Assembly (NCBI GenBank): GCA_964613385.1 | Contig: CAZTGZ010000006.1 | Span: 37,778-101,777, forward strand | Source: an uncultured Chitinophagaceae bacterium | GTDB taxonomy: Bacteria > Bacteroidota > Bacteroidia > NS11-12g > UBA9320 | Reading direction: 5' to 3' | Length of the DNA: 64,000 nt | Shown here: in pieces, positions 18,976 to 29,773 of the stretch | How the letters are laid out: each line of letters begins with the position of its first letter | Numbering within the stretch: position 1 is the stretch's first letter | Program-made: the position numbers and the translations under genes | Notes under the pieces: model-generated | What the model saw: the letters and a program-made list of their open reading frames with translations, nothing else | Databases searched by the model: none | What the model was told of the DNA's origin: nothing

Positions 18976-21900
18976 ATGTGCAGTCTTAAAAATTTATTTT
19001 CCAGGTCGATTTTAGCCTTGTTGATGTTGTTAGCAATATCTCCTGTTCAGGCACAAAAAGAAGGAAACATTTGGTATTTCGGCAGTAAAGCCGGTTTGGA
19101 TTTTAATTCGGGAACCCCGGTGGCAGTTTCGGATGGTCAAATTCAAACGGATGAGGGTGTGGCGGCAATCTGCAGTAAAACGGGTAGTTTGATTATGTAC
19201 ACCGACGGAATTAAGGTATGGGATAAAACGCATACGGTAATGCCGAATGGTTCCGGACTGCTTGGAGATCCTTCTGCTACGCAAAGCGGGGTTATTGTGC
19301 CACAACCAGTCAGAGGGAATAGATATTATTTATTTGCGGTTAAAGATGACGGTGGTTCATTGTCATATAGCGTGATTGATACCAATGCCAACAGTGGTAA
19401 AGGCGATGTATTGTCATTCGAAAAAAATAAAATATTGCTAACAGGTTCATGTGAGAAAATTACTGCTGTTAAGCATGCTAACAAAGTTGATACATGGATT
19501 ATAGCGCATGAATGGGGTAATAACCGATTCGTTGCCTATTTGCTTCGGTCGACAGGTTTGGTAACCACTCCGGTTGTTTCCGCCGTTGGCACACCAGTTG
19601 GTCCAAGTACATCAAAAGCAAACGTCGGATATTCAAAGGGTTGTTTGAAGTTATCACCCGATGGTTCGAAATTGGTCAATCCAGTGGTTGGTAGTCAGGC
19701 AACGAATGTCGATGGATTTTGGGAATTGTATGATTTTGACAATCAAACGGGAATTATCTCCAATCCCATGTATTTTACCCAGTCAAATAAGCCTTCCACG
19801 GTTGCCGGATATGACGGAGTGTATGGAGCCGAATTTTCACCTAACGGCAGATTCCTGTATTTAGCTTGTCGTAGGACGAGCGCAGGCGTTAACGACCGGA
19901 TTTATCAATATGATCTGAGAGCCGGAAATAGAACATTTGCAGATATCAATGCGAGTGCTGTTGAAGTAGCCCCAAGTTCAGGTGGTGGAATCAACAATTC
20001 CTATGGTACCATGCAGATTGGACCGGATGAACGCATTTATATTTCGAGGTGGCATACGTCAGGAACTTCCTACCTGTCGATCATACGTAAACCAAATTGT
20101 AAAGGTTCTGCCTGTGATTATGTCTCCAATGGAATTAATCTCTCCAGTGGTAAATACTCCCGTTGGGGTTTGCCGACTTATATCAGCTCTTTCTTTAACA
20201 AGCCGGAATTTGAATTCGGAGATCCGGATCCAAATAATTACGGACTTTGTTTTGGAGATTCTACCGAATTTTGGGTATTAGATACTACTGGAGTTGATTC
20301 TGTCCACTGGCTATTTGGCGATGCGGCTTCAGGTTCCGCCAATTTTTCGAATGCTTTTTCACCGAAACATGTTTTTACCCGAGATACAACCTTTCTCGTT
20401 CAGGCGGTTATTTTTAGAAAAAATACTTTTTCGAGTTGTCTGATGGACACCGTGAAGCAATTCGTGACCATTTTCCCCAACCCGGTCGTATCTCTCGGGC
20501 GTGATACCAGTTTGTGCAAAGGGGAATCCATGTATTTCAATGCTCTGCAATCCAAGGCCACTTATGTTTGGCATAATGCATCTACCGGTCCGAACTATAC
20601 ATCCTCCAAAACAGAGATGGTCTGGGTAAAAGTCACCATAGGGGGCTGTCATACTTACGACACCGCATTGGTAACTGTTTATGATTTTCCCACCCCGGAT
20701 TTAGGTGCAGATACTGTCATGTGCAACATTGATAGCCTGGTAAAAATACCGGGTAAAGCGGAAAAATATTTATGGGATAATAGTTCAACAGACACTTTCA
20801 GAGTTATCAAGAATCCTGGAACGTATTGGGTAGAAGCGAGTAATTATCGTTGCAAAACGCGAGATTCCGTTGTTGTGGGAATTTCATATGTACCCGTTTT
20901 CAATTTAGGAAAAGACAGCACCTTGTGCACTTCTGATAGCATCAGCCTAGCTGTTTATATACCTACAGCCAAATTGACCTATTTATGGTCAAATGCTGCC
21001 ACAGATTCCATGATTAAGGTTAAGAGCCCGGGAGGTACTTATTGGGTAAGGGCTTCAGATTCACTATGCAGTTATACAGATACCGTAAAAATCTCATTCG
21101 TTGGTCCAAAATCACTGAATTTGGGACCGGATCAGAAAATTTGTAATGGTGATACAGCCAGATTCAGGGCAACCATTCCGGGTGTTACGAATTATACCTG
21201 GCAGGACAATAAAAAGGATTCTGTATATAAAGCTACGGCCCAGGGCAAGTATTGGGTGGATGTATTCGACGGTTATTGCAAGTTGAATGATACCATTCAA
21301 TTAACGGTTGTATATCCAATTCCTGTGAATCTTGGCAACGATACGACCCTGTGCACCGGCGCTACTTTACGGCCTTTGGAATTTGTCATTCCCAACCATT
21401 CATATATTTGGAACGGTGACCCAACCAAGACCGATACTACCATTACCAAAACAGGAAAATATTGGGTAGATGTAAGAGATGAACCGGATAGGAAGTGTCT
21501 GGCAACCGATACTATTTATGTGACCTTTAAAAATCCGAAGGCATTCAACCTGGGAAATGATACTGTTTTGTGTGTCGGACAATCCGTTAACCTAAATGCA
21601 AGTTCGGTGGCACCGGTTATTTCAGCGGTTTGGAATGACGCATTAACGGGATTGAGCCGTGGCAATAATCCGACCATGGTTAAACATAAGCTGGTTATTA
21701 ATGATGGTATTTGTATTTCGTCCGATTCTATTAACATATCATATAAGCCTTCATTGAATATTAATCTGGGTCCGGATGTGCAGTTGTGCGATGTGGCTAC
21801 ATTAAATAAAGATATCACCGACCCAAATGCCACTGTGTATGAATGGTTGGATGGATCAGGAGCATTTCTTAGCGGCTCAAATGCTTATACAATTACCAAT

Positions 21901-22683
21901 CCCGGAGGACAATTTGTCGGACGGGTTTCAGATGGGCTTTGCAGTAAGTCGGATACAATTGTTGTTACTTACCTCAATACCCCGGTTGTAGATTTGGGTG
22001 TAGATCAAATTCTTTGTGACGCAGCCACTTTTGATTATGATTTCACAACGTTGGATGCAGACAATATTTTATGGAGTAACGGAAGTTCAGCCAAGACCTT
22101 AACTGTATCAAGTGCAGGGACTTATTGGATCAGAGCAAGCAAAGGAAGTTGTATGGATGAAGATTCGGTTATTTTTGGTTATACCAGTGCCCCGGATTTG
22201 GACTTTGGATTTATGGATACTTCTTTATGTGAACCGACCTGGTTTAGTTATGACTTCTCATTGCCACATACAACGTATCTCTGGAGCGGCGGAAGCACTA
22301 CACCGGATAACCGCTTCAATACTAAAGGTACACATTGGGTTGTAGCGACTAATATTTGCGGAAGTGACAGTATTTGGGTGAATATTGATATTGATGAATT
22401 TGGTTGTTTCGTGGTGTTTCCGAATGCATTTTCACCCAACGAGAATTTGGTAAATGATGTTTTCCGACCTATTGGAAATGTACTTGAATTCCTCGACATG
22501 ATCATCTACAACAAGTGGGGAGAGAAAATATATGAAGGTCCTGCGGCTAAAGGTTGGGATGGAAACTACAATGGTGTTCCGGCTCCACAAGGAGTATACA
22601 TGTATACAGTAAGCTACCGAAAAGTATCAGGGGGATATCCCAGAAGATATACCGAACACGGTGTTGTTCATCTGGTTCGCTAA
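18976..22683 (+). CDS. gliding-motility-associated (T9SS type B) C-terminal domain protein with nine ~72-aa tandem repeats
   Basis: Signal peptide. Nine repeats (about 20470-22400), each with LGxDTxLCxG ... YxW ... GxYWVxxxxxxCxxxDSIxV. The C-terminal FPNAFSPNENLVNDVFRP...YNKWGEKIYEG...GWDGNYNG...GVYMYTVSY is the canonical gliding/type-B CTD. Confidence 0.8.
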   Translation: MCSLKNLFSRSILALLMLLAISPVQAQKEGNIWYFGSKAGLDFNSGTPVAVSDGQIQTDEGVAAICSKTGSLIMYTDGIKVWDKTHTVMPNGSGLLGDPSATQSGVIVPQPVRGNRYYLFAVKDDGGSLSYSVIDTNANSGKGDVLSFEKNKILLTGSCEKITAVKHANKVDTWIIAHEWGNNRFVAYLLRSTGLVTTPVVSAVGTPVGPSTSKANVGYSKGCLKLSPDGSKLVNPVVGSQATNVDGFWELYDFDNQTGIISNPMYFTQSNKPSTVAGYDGVYGAEFSPNGRFLYLACRRTSAGVNDRIYQYDLRAGNRTFADINASAVEVAPSSGGGINNSYGTMQIGPDERIYISRWHTSGTSYLSIIRKPNCKGSACDYVSNGINLSSGKYSRWGLPTYISSFFNKPEFEFGDPDPNNYGLCFGDSTEFWVLDTTGVDSVHWLFGDAASGSANFSNAFSPKHVFTRDTTFLVQAVIFRKNTFSSCLMDTVKQFVTIFPNPVVSLGRDTSLCKGESMYFNALQSKATYVWHNASTGPNYTSSKTEMVWVKVTIGGCHTYDTALVTVYDFPTPDLGADTVMCNIDSLVKIPGKAEKYLWDNSSTDTFRVIKNPGTYWVEASNYRCKTRDSVVVGISYVPVFNLGKDSTLCTSDSISLAVYIPTAKLTYLWSNAATDSMIKVKSPGGTYWVRASDSLCSYTDTVKISFVGPKSLNLGPDQKICNGDTARFRATIPGVTNYTWQDNKKDSVYKATAQGKYWVDVFDGYCKLNDTIQLTVVYPIPVNLGNDTTLCTGATLRPLEFVIPNHSYIWNGDPTKTDTTITKTGKYWVDVRDEPDRKCLATDTIYVTFKNPKAFNLGNDTVLCVGQSVNLNASSVAPVISAVWNDALTGLSRGNNPTMVKHKLVINDGICISSDSINISYKPSLNINLGPDVQLCDVATLNKDITDPNATVYEWLDGSGAFLSGSNAYTITNPGGQFVGRVSDGLCSKSDTIVVTYLNTPVVDLGVDQILCDAATFDYDFTTLDADNILWSNGSSAKTLTVSSAGTYWIRASKGSCMDEDSVIFGYTSAPDLDFGFMDTSLCEPTWFSYDFSLPHTTYLWSGGSTTPDNRFNTKGTHWVVATNICGSDSIWVNIDIDEFGCFVVFPNAFSPNENLVNDVFRPIGNVLEFLDMIIYNKWGEKIYEGPAAKGWDGNYNGVPAPQGVYMYTVSYRKVSGGYPRRYTEHGVVHLVR

Positions 22684-22696
22684 AAACCGGAAATTC

Positions 22697-23920
22697 CTAT
22701 ATGGAAGAAAGTGTTTGAAGGATTTTTTCGCAGCTTTCCAGCATCTGTGATTCATTGATAACCAGTGGTGGTGCAAACCTAATGATGTTTTCGTGGGTTT
22801 GCTTGGCGAGAATTCCGTTGTCTTTCAGCCTATAGCATATTTCTTTAGCGCTTATTTTGGATAGAGATTCATCTATTTCCACCGCATTGAGCAATCCTTT
22901 GCCCCGGATGTCGAGGATGAAATCAAAACTCAGATTTGTCTTTAGAAAATTTCTGAAAATCATTCCCATTTCTTCAGCGTTTTGGGAAAGATTTTCATCC
23001 AACAAAACTTGAACGGCAGTGGTGGCCACCGCACAAGCCAGAGGGTTTCCCCCAAAAGTTGACCCATGTTCTCCCGGTTTGATGGTTAACATGATTTCAT
23101 GATTGGTCAATACGGCAGAAACGGGTAAAACACCACCGGAAAGTGCTTTTCCGAGTACTAAAATATCCGGTTTTACATCTTCATGGTCGCAAGCCAATAA
23201 ACTACCCGTTCTTCCCAATCCGGTTTGAACTTCGTCGGCAATCATTAAAACCTGATTTCTGGTACACAATTCCCTTACTTTTTTGAGATATCCTTCATCG
23301 GGAATGATGACACCCGCTTCGCCTTGCACCGGCTCGAGCATAAATCCTGCTACATCCGGATCTTTGAGCGCCTGCTCTAAAGCAATGACGTCGTTATAAG
23401 GTATAACTTCAAAACCGGGGACAAAGGGTCCGAAATTCTGATAGCTCGATGGATCGGTAGATGCTGAGATAGCGACGATGGATCGCCCCCAAAAATTGCC
23501 CTGTACAAATACGATTTTAACTTTGTTTGTGTCAATCCCTTTAACTGAATATCCCCAACGCCTGCATAATTTCACTGCTGTTTCGCAAGCCTCGACACCA
23601 CTATTCATGGGTAAAATTCTGTCAAATCCGAAAACCCGGGTCATAAATTCTTCAAATGGACCCAATTGATCATTATAAAACGCGCGGCTGGTTAAGGTAA
23701 GCTGCTGTGCCTGATTGATCAGCGTATCAATTATTTTTGGATGACAATGCCCTTGATTTACAGCACTATAAGCTGAAAGAAAGTCGGCGTATTTTCTACC
23801 TTCCGTGTCCCAAACATAAACGCCGGATCCTTTCGTTAATACCACAGGAATTGGACTGTAGTTGTAAGCTCCGAACTTTGATTCGAGATCGATATAGTGA
23901 TTTTGATCGGTTAAAATCAT
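22697..23920 (-). CDS. rocD: ornithine--oxo-acid aminotransferase
   Basis: 407 aa, class-III aminotransferase. Ornithine-aminotransferase-like N-terminus ([43 protein letters not shown]). [14 protein letters not shown] motif. Confidence 0.85.
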   Translation of the reverse strand: MILTDQNHYIDLESKFGAYNYSPIPVVLTKGSGVYVWDTEGRKYADFLSAYSAVNQGHCHPKIIDTLINQAQQLTLTSRAFYNDQLGPFEEFMTRVFGFDRILPMNSGVEACETAVKLCRRWGYSVKGIDTNKVKIVFVQGNFWGRSIVAISASTDPSSYQNFGPFVPGFEVIPYNDVIALEQALKDPDVAGFMLEPVQGEAGVIIPDEGYLKKVRELCTRNQVLMIADEVQTGLGRTGSLLACDHEDVKPDILVLGKALSGGVLPVSAVLTNHEIMLTIKPGEHGSTFGGNPLACAVATTAVQVLLDENLSQNAEEMGMIFRNFLKTNLSFDFILDIRGKGLLNAVEIDESLSKISAKEICYRLKDNGILAKQTHENIIRFAPPLVINESQMLESCEKILQTLSSI

Positions 23921-24012
23921 GGCGCAAATTTAACCCTGATGGCTTTAACCTTTCAGTAATGACATAAAGATTGCGATGAAAGAAGTGAACATGGTTAAAT
24001 TCGTTCTTCGAA

Positions 24013-27000
24013 ATGTATAGGTTGGCTTGTTTCATATGGCTGTTTCTTTTGGGCTCCTTATCTTTGGTGGCTCAGGGTCTTAGAAGCTCAATAAGTTTGG
24101 AATATCCGCAATCGCTGCCTCACCGGGAAGTATTGGTGAGTGAACATTTTGAAATTTATTATGAACCATCAGCGCATGAAATGGCCAAATATGTTTTAGA
24201 AAAGGCCATTGAAAGCACAACGTCCATAGAATTGGCCTTGGGATACAGGTTGAGTGGAAAGGTAGAAATTCAACTCTTTCATAATCCTGAATTGGCAGCG
24301 TCAACGCCCGCTCATTATATTCAGGATCCTTTTAGCCAGAATACAGGTGGAACTACTTTTCTGGAATTGGGAAGTATAAATCTGGTCTTTCACGGTGATT
24401 TGGATTTGTTTAACGCCGACATCCGCAGAGGCATTAGCCGCATGTTAATTCATGAGATGTTATATGGTGGTACTACTCAGGAAAGTATAAGGTACACAGC
24501 TTTACTTCACTTGCCAAGCTGGTTTGTTGATGGGTTGAGTGCTTATCTGGCAGGTCCATGGACCATTGAAGACGACGACAGGCTAAGGTCCTTGATTCAG
24601 TCGGGCAAACGTATCCAAATAGATGATCTTACCGACAAGGATCAGGCGCTCGTCGGCAAGAGCATATGGAATTATATAGCCTTATTAAAGGGTGAAGGCT
24701 CATTTCAACGCATGCTCTATCTGATTCGACTTACCAGAAAACTTGAAAATTCAGTTTATTTTATCTTTAGCTGGAATGTCCGTGAATTGTTGCAAAACTG
24801 GTATGCATTTTCCATAGGTACTTATGCCAGAGAAGGCAAACGGAGAATGCCAAGAGAACCGGAAATGAAGCCAATTGAACAGGGCAAGATTCAGGAATTT
24901 GTTCAATCAGGTAACAATTTTTATATCTTGTCAAGCAAAGGAAATTACTACTATATACATAAAAGAGGAAATCAGCGGGGTGAATATAAAGAAGTATTTA
25001 ATCTGTATTTTGTTAAGAATGAATACAGGTTTCGGGGGATTCCATTGATTGCCGGCGACGAAAACGGGGGATGTGTCGTTATGTATTTTAATGGGAGTGA
25101 TTATGAATTAATATATATAGATGAAATTGGGAAATCGACGCCAATAGGGGTCAAAACCCGTCTGGATATAGTCAGAGAAATCAATTACAATGCAAGGGAT
25201 AACACCCTGATCCTGTTGGGTTTTAAAGGCATCATTTGCTCAGTTGAGCAACTAAACCTGAAATCAGGAATGTCGGACTTCTTCGTTCAAAGCAAAGGCG
25301 AAATTAGAGATATTAGTGTCTACGAGGGAGGCAATAAGTGGTTGTTTTCATACAGGGAGCGAGCAAAAGAGGGGGATTGGAATATTTATGAATGGCAAAG
25401 AGAAAATGAAGAATTTCCGGGACGTTCAGTTGTTGCTTCAGAATTTACAAACGAATATGATGCCCAATATCTGGACTTAGGTCATATTGTATTTCTCAGC
25501 GATGTAAACGGCATTGTGAACAGCTATGTAACGAAGGTAAATTCGAATGTTTGGAATGCCTTAACTGACTACCCTTATGGCATCAAAAAGGCCATTTATG
25601 ACCAGGGCCAATATTCCATTTCAGAATTGGTCCAACTTGGAAACGATAGATTTTGGTACATTTCTGATTTGGACACATCATCTATAAATGCTCTAACACA
25701 TCATATACCGCAACTTACCTATTTCAGAGAAAAGCCTCCGGAGTACAAAATTGAAGAGTTTCTACCAATCGAGGCGGATAGTTTCTTTTTCGATACTTCG
25801 GGACAAATCTATTTTCAGACCGGATTTCCGGATGTGAGCGATATAAATTATTCCAGAGCAAGGGAACCTGAGAAAACCCCTGCACCATATGTGTTAAAAA
25901 ATGTTTCATTTCTAAAACCGGTGATTTTGATCACCCAACTGGATAATGGATGGTTCAATACTTATTACATACCAACGTTTATCAGTTTGAAAGAAGTGCT
26001 AAACACGCCTATCGGATTGGTCTTTGCGATTAAAATCAAGGAAATTTCTAATAAATATGACCTATTTGCCGGCGGTAAAATTTCAAGAAATTTCAATCAG
26101 TTCGATTACTTTTTCAATCTGAATCGAAACTTTCAGAAGTCGATAGTCAAGACGGAATATTTTCGTCAAACCCGCAGAATATTTAGTACAGAAACTGGAT
26201 ATGGAAAGGTAAATTCTGATCAGATAAAAATCAGTTATCAAAGGAAACCGTTTAAACAAATGCAGTGGGACATTGGACTACATGTTCGATCTGATCGATA
26301 TATTTCATTGTCTGAAAATCAGGAGGCTTTAGGCAAAGCCACCATCAATTTTGTCCGAATTGGTCCGGAAGCGTCATGGATAGTTAACACGAGCCGGACT
26401 TTTAAAGAAGGACTTTATAAAGGTTGGAAAAGTAAGGTATATGTATCCGGCAATGTTGGGGCAAGCTCGAATGCAAATATGGCGCTGTGGGGATTGGATA
26501 CTCGATTTGGCTGGAAGATACAGAAACATATTTATCTGATGCAAAGGCTTCAGTATGAGTCATCAGCCGGAAATTCGAAAGTGCAATATGTTTTAGGAGG
26601 CCTGGAAGGTTGGTTGTTCCCGGATCAGATTTTTAAAGAGCCGCTGCTCAGCCAAACCGGATTTTACAGAATGTCATCTTCATTCAGAGGTAGTGGCTAT
26701 AATATCAGGAATGGAAACAGCTTTTTATGTTACAATTTCGAATTAAGGTATCGGCCATTGGGACATCTTTTTAAGTTGAATGCGAGGCCAAACTGGATGG
26801 AGAACCTCTTACTGATTGGTTTTTTTGATTTAGGCTCTGCCTGGTATGGGAGTTCACCTTTCCATCTAAGGAGTCCCTTGAATTACACTCAGATTCAATC
26901 AGGAACCATGGTCATCAACCTGTATAATCGGCGTCAGCCTTTCGTGTTTGTTACCGGGTTCGGATTAAGAACGAGTTTGTTCGGTTACTATTTTAAATAT

Positions 27001-27075
27001 GACCGTGGTTTTGGCCGGATTGAATCTGTTTGGAAAGAAGGTATCAATTATTTAAGTGTAGGGAGGGATTTTTAA
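24013..27075 (+). CDS. hypothetical large outer-membrane protein (HExxH-like motif; C-terminal beta-barrel signature)
   Basis: 1020 aa with signal peptide. LIHEMLYGG near aa 145. Central region predicted beta-rich. C-terminal region has alternating hydrophobic strands and a terminal Phe (VGRDF), typical of OM beta-barrels. No family recognised. Confidence 0.5.
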   Translation: MYRLACFIWLFLLGSLSLVAQGLRSSISLEYPQSLPHREVLVSEHFEIYYEPSAHEMAKYVLEKAIESTTSIELALGYRLSGKVEIQLFHNPELAASTPAHYIQDPFSQNTGGTTFLELGSINLVFHGDLDLFNADIRRGISRMLIHEMLYGGTTQESIRYTALLHLPSWFVDGLSAYLAGPWTIEDDDRLRSLIQSGKRIQIDDLTDKDQALVGKSIWNYIALLKGEGSFQRMLYLIRLTRKLENSVYFIFSWNVRELLQNWYAFSIGTYAREGKRRMPREPEMKPIEQGKIQEFVQSGNNFYILSSKGNYYYIHKRGNQRGEYKEVFNLYFVKNEYRFRGIPLIAGDENGGCVVMYFNGSDYELIYIDEIGKSTPIGVKTRLDIVREINYNARDNTLILLGFKGIICSVEQLNLKSGMSDFFVQSKGEIRDISVYEGGNKWLFSYRERAKEGDWNIYEWQRENEEFPGRSVVASEFTNEYDAQYLDLGHIVFLSDVNGIVNSYVTKVNSNVWNALTDYPYGIKKAIYDQGQYSISELVQLGNDRFWYISDLDTSSINALTHHIPQLTYFREKPPEYKIEEFLPIEADSFFFDTSGQIYFQTGFPDVSDINYSRAREPEKTPAPYVLKNVSFLKPVILITQLDNGWFNTYYIPTFISLKEVLNTPIGLVFAIKIKEISNKYDLFAGGKISRNFNQFDYFFNLNRNFQKSIVKTEYFRQTRRIFSTETGYGKVNSDQIKISYQRKPFKQMQWDIGLHVRSDRYISLSENQEALGKATINFVRIGPEASWIVNTSRTFKEGLYKGWKSKVYVSGNVGASSNANMALWGLDTRFGWKIQKHIYLMQRLQYESSAGNSKVQYVLGGLEGWLFPDQIFKEPLLSQTGFYRMSSSFRGSGYNIRNGNSFLCYNFELRYRPLGHLFKLNARPNWMENLLLIGFFDLGSAWYGSSPFHLRSPLNYTQIQSGTMVINLYNRRQPFVFVTGFGLRTSLFGYYFKYDRGFGRIESVWKEGINYLSVGRDF

Positions 27076-27171
27076 GGACATCATTTTGTTAAAAATCTGT
27101 TCAATAAAACTAAATGGGATTAAGTAGGTAGTGGCGTAAGGGGTTTAGATTTGCAGTAAATTATAATCACC

Positions 27172-28659
27172 TTGATTCATTCAGCACTTATTTCCGTTTT
27201 TGATAAAGAAGGTTTGGATAAATTGGTACCTGCATTGCATAGACATGGCGTGCTAATTTACTCTACTGGCGGTACGGCCGAATTCATACGAAATTTAGGA
27301 GTTCCCGTTATTGAAGTTGAATCAGTTACCGGTTATCCCGGAATTTTTGGAGGGCGGGTGAAAACCCTTCATCCTGTAGTGTTTGGTGGAATTTTGTACA
27401 GAAGGGAAAATGAGGAAGACATCGCTGAGAAAGAGAAGTATCAAATACCTTCCATTGATTTGGTGGTCGTAGATTTATATCCTTTTGAAAAGACGGTAGC
27501 CTCCACCAACATTAAAGAACAAATTATCGAAAAGATAGACATTGGAGGAGTTTCACTCATACGTGCTGCGGCCAAAAATCACCATTATACCTCAGTAATT
27601 TCGGATAGAACTCAATACGATGAATTCATAGAACACCTGAATTCGAATGCGGGAAATGTGTCCGCCGAATTTCGGGTAAAATTGGCTGCTTCGGCATTTG
27701 TGAGAACATCTGCATACGATCAGAGCATTGCGGATTACTTTAATGAAGTTAAAACCCACGAGTTGAGATATGGTGAAAATCCACATCAGGAGGCCACGTT
27801 CAAATCAAATGTCACCAATCTTTTTGAGCAATTACACGGAAAGGAATTATCCTACAATAACTTGTTAGATATGGATGCTGCCATTGGTTTAATGGCGGAT
27901 CTCAACCATTTCAAGAGACCGGCTTGTGCCATAATTAAGCACAATAATGCATGCGGAGCTTCGGTGCGTACTGAATTGTCAGATGCATTCAGAGATGCCC
28001 TTGCCGGAGATCCGGTATCTGCTTTCGGTGGAGTTATTGTTTGTAACCGAACGATTGACGCTTTGAGTGCAGAATCTATCAACGAGATATTTTTTGAAAT
28101 ATTAATTGCACCCGGCTTTGACGATGGAGCCATGGAAATATTAAAAAGCAAAAAGAACAGGATTCTCATACTACTGAAACATTTCAATCTTCCTGAAAAA
28201 ATGGAAAGAACGGTTTTAAATGGAACATTAGCTCAGCACAGAGATCACAAACTTGTCAGTGCACGGGATGGACAAATTGCCACCAAAACTGGTCCGGGAG
28301 AAGCCTTGATGGAAGACTTGGATTTTGCAAATATTTTGGTGAAGCATACCAAATCAAATGCCATCGTATTGGCCAGAAACCTTCAATTAATTGGCAGCGG
28401 AACCGGACAAACCTCACGCGTAGATGCCTTGAAACATGCTATACAGAAATGTGCCCAGTTTGATTTTAACACACATGGTTCTGTAATGGCCAGCGATGCA
28501 TTTTTTCCATTTCCGGATTGTGTTGAGATTGCTTACCACGCAGGTATCGTATCGGTCATTCAGCCGGGCGGTTCTATAAAAGACCAATCTTCCATCGACT
28601 ATTGCGATGAACACGGAATGAGTATGATATTCACCGGAACAAGACATTTCAAACATTGA
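27172..28659 (+). CDS. purH: bifunctional AICAR transformylase / IMP cyclohydrolase
   Basis: ALISVFDKEGL...STGGTA (MGS-like IMPCH domain) and the C-terminal AICARFT domain. Apparent TTG start at 27172; the first ATG would truncate the conserved N-terminus. Confidence 0.9.
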   Translation: MIHSALISVFDKEGLDKLVPALHRHGVLIYSTGGTAEFIRNLGVPVIEVESVTGYPGIFGGRVKTLHPVVFGGILYRRENEEDIAEKEKYQIPSIDLVVVDLYPFEKTVASTNIKEQIIEKIDIGGVSLIRAAAKNHHYTSVISDRTQYDEFIEHLNSNAGNVSAEFRVKLAASAFVRTSAYDQSIADYFNEVKTHELRYGENPHQEATFKSNVTNLFEQLHGKELSYNNLLDMDAAIGLMADLNHFKRPACAIIKHNNACGASVRTELSDAFRDALAGDPVSAFGGVIVCNRTIDALSAESINEIFFEILIAPGFDDGAMEILKSKKNRILILLKHFNLPEKMERTVLNGTLAQHRDHKLVSARDGQIATKTGPGEALMEDLDFANILVKHTKSNAIVLARNLQLIGSGTGQTSRVDALKHAIQKCAQFDFNTHGSVMASDAFFPFPDCVEIAYHAGIVSVIQPGGSIKDQSSIDYCDEHGMSMIFTGTRHFKH

Positions 28660-28744
28660 TATGTTTTTAAATTAAATGGGTGTAAAGTGATTGAATTAAA
28701 CTACTTTCGCAAATTGTTTAAAATCAACTGATTTCTACTAAAAC

Positions 28745-29767
28745 ATGGGCTTGTTTGATTTCCTTACCCAAGAAATAGCCATAGATCTTGGAACCGCCAA
28801 TACCCTGATCATATACAGGGATAAAGTGGTTGTGGATGAACCTTCTATCATTGCTGTTCGTCGATCGACCAATGAGGTGATTGCTATCGGTAAGGAAGCT
28901 CAGAAGATGCATGGTAAAACCCATGAAGACATCAAAACCATCAGACCGTTAAAGGATGGGGTAATTGCTGACTTTAAAGCTGCCGAACATATGATTCGCG
29001 GTTTTATTCGTATGATCAATAAGGGAAAAAAAGTGTTTAGCCCGCAGTTGAAAATGGTTATCTGCATTCCATCGGGTATTACAGAAGTTGAAAAAAGGGC
29101 TGTTAAGGAATCTGCGGAAAGAAGTGGGGGAAAAGAAGTATATATGATTCCGGAGCCAATGGCTGCTGCTATTGGTATTGGTATTGACATTGCTGAACCG
29201 ATTGGTAATATGATCATCGACATAGGTGGTGGTACTACGGAGGTAGCTGTAATTGCGTTATCCGGGATAGTATCTGACAACTCCATCAGAGTTGCAGGTG
29301 ATGCTTTTACCGAGGATATTATTGAATACATGAGAAGGCAGCATAACCTGATGATTGGTGAACGCACGGCTGAAATGATCAAAATTGAAGTGGGTGCCGC
29401 ACTGCCTGAATTGGACAATCCTCCACCGGACTATGCGGTGAATGGAAGGGACCTGATGACAGGTATTCCAAAACAAATATCTGTTTCTTATTCAGAAATT
29501 GCTTTGGCATTAGATAAATCCATTTCCAAAATTGAAGAAGCAGTTTTAAAGGCACTGGAAATGACTCCTCCTGAATTGTCTGCAGACATCTATCAGACCG
29601 GCTTGTATCTAACCGGAGGTGGTGCGATGTTGAGAGGTTTGGATAAAAGAATAAGCAGCAAGGCAAAGTTACCGGTTTATGTGGCTGAAGATCCTCTTAG
29701 AGCCGTGGTTCGGGGAACAGGGATCGCCTTAAAAAACCTGGAACAATTTAAGACAATAATGCAGTAA
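28745..29767 (+). CDS. mreB: rod-shape-determining protein MreB
   Basis: 340 aa. IAIDLGTANTLIY, the DIGGGTTEVAV phosphate-2 motif, and an actin-like fold throughout. Confidence 0.95.
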   Translation: MGLFDFLTQEIAIDLGTANTLIIYRDKVVVDEPSIIAVRRSTNEVIAIGKEAQKMHGKTHEDIKTIRPLKDGVIADFKAAEHMIRGFIRMINKGKKVFSPQLKMVICIPSGITEVEKRAVKESAERSGGKEVYMIPEPMAAAIGIGIDIAEPIGNMIIDIGGGTTEVAVIALSGIVSDNSIRVAGDAFTEDIIEYMRRQHNLMIGERTAEMIKIEVGAALPELDNPPPDYAVNGRDLMTGIPKQISVSYSEIALALDKSISKIEEAVLKALEMTPPELSADIYQTGLYLTGGGAMLRGLDKRISSKAKLPVYVAEDPLRAVVRGTGIALKNLEQFKTIMQ

Positions 29768-29773
29768 TGATTC

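Noticed and set aside
28900-29418. 172-aa minus-strand ORF inside mreB
   Set aside because: Antisense to mreB, one of the most conserved genes in the window. Alanine/serine-rich artefact of the GC-richer codon positions.
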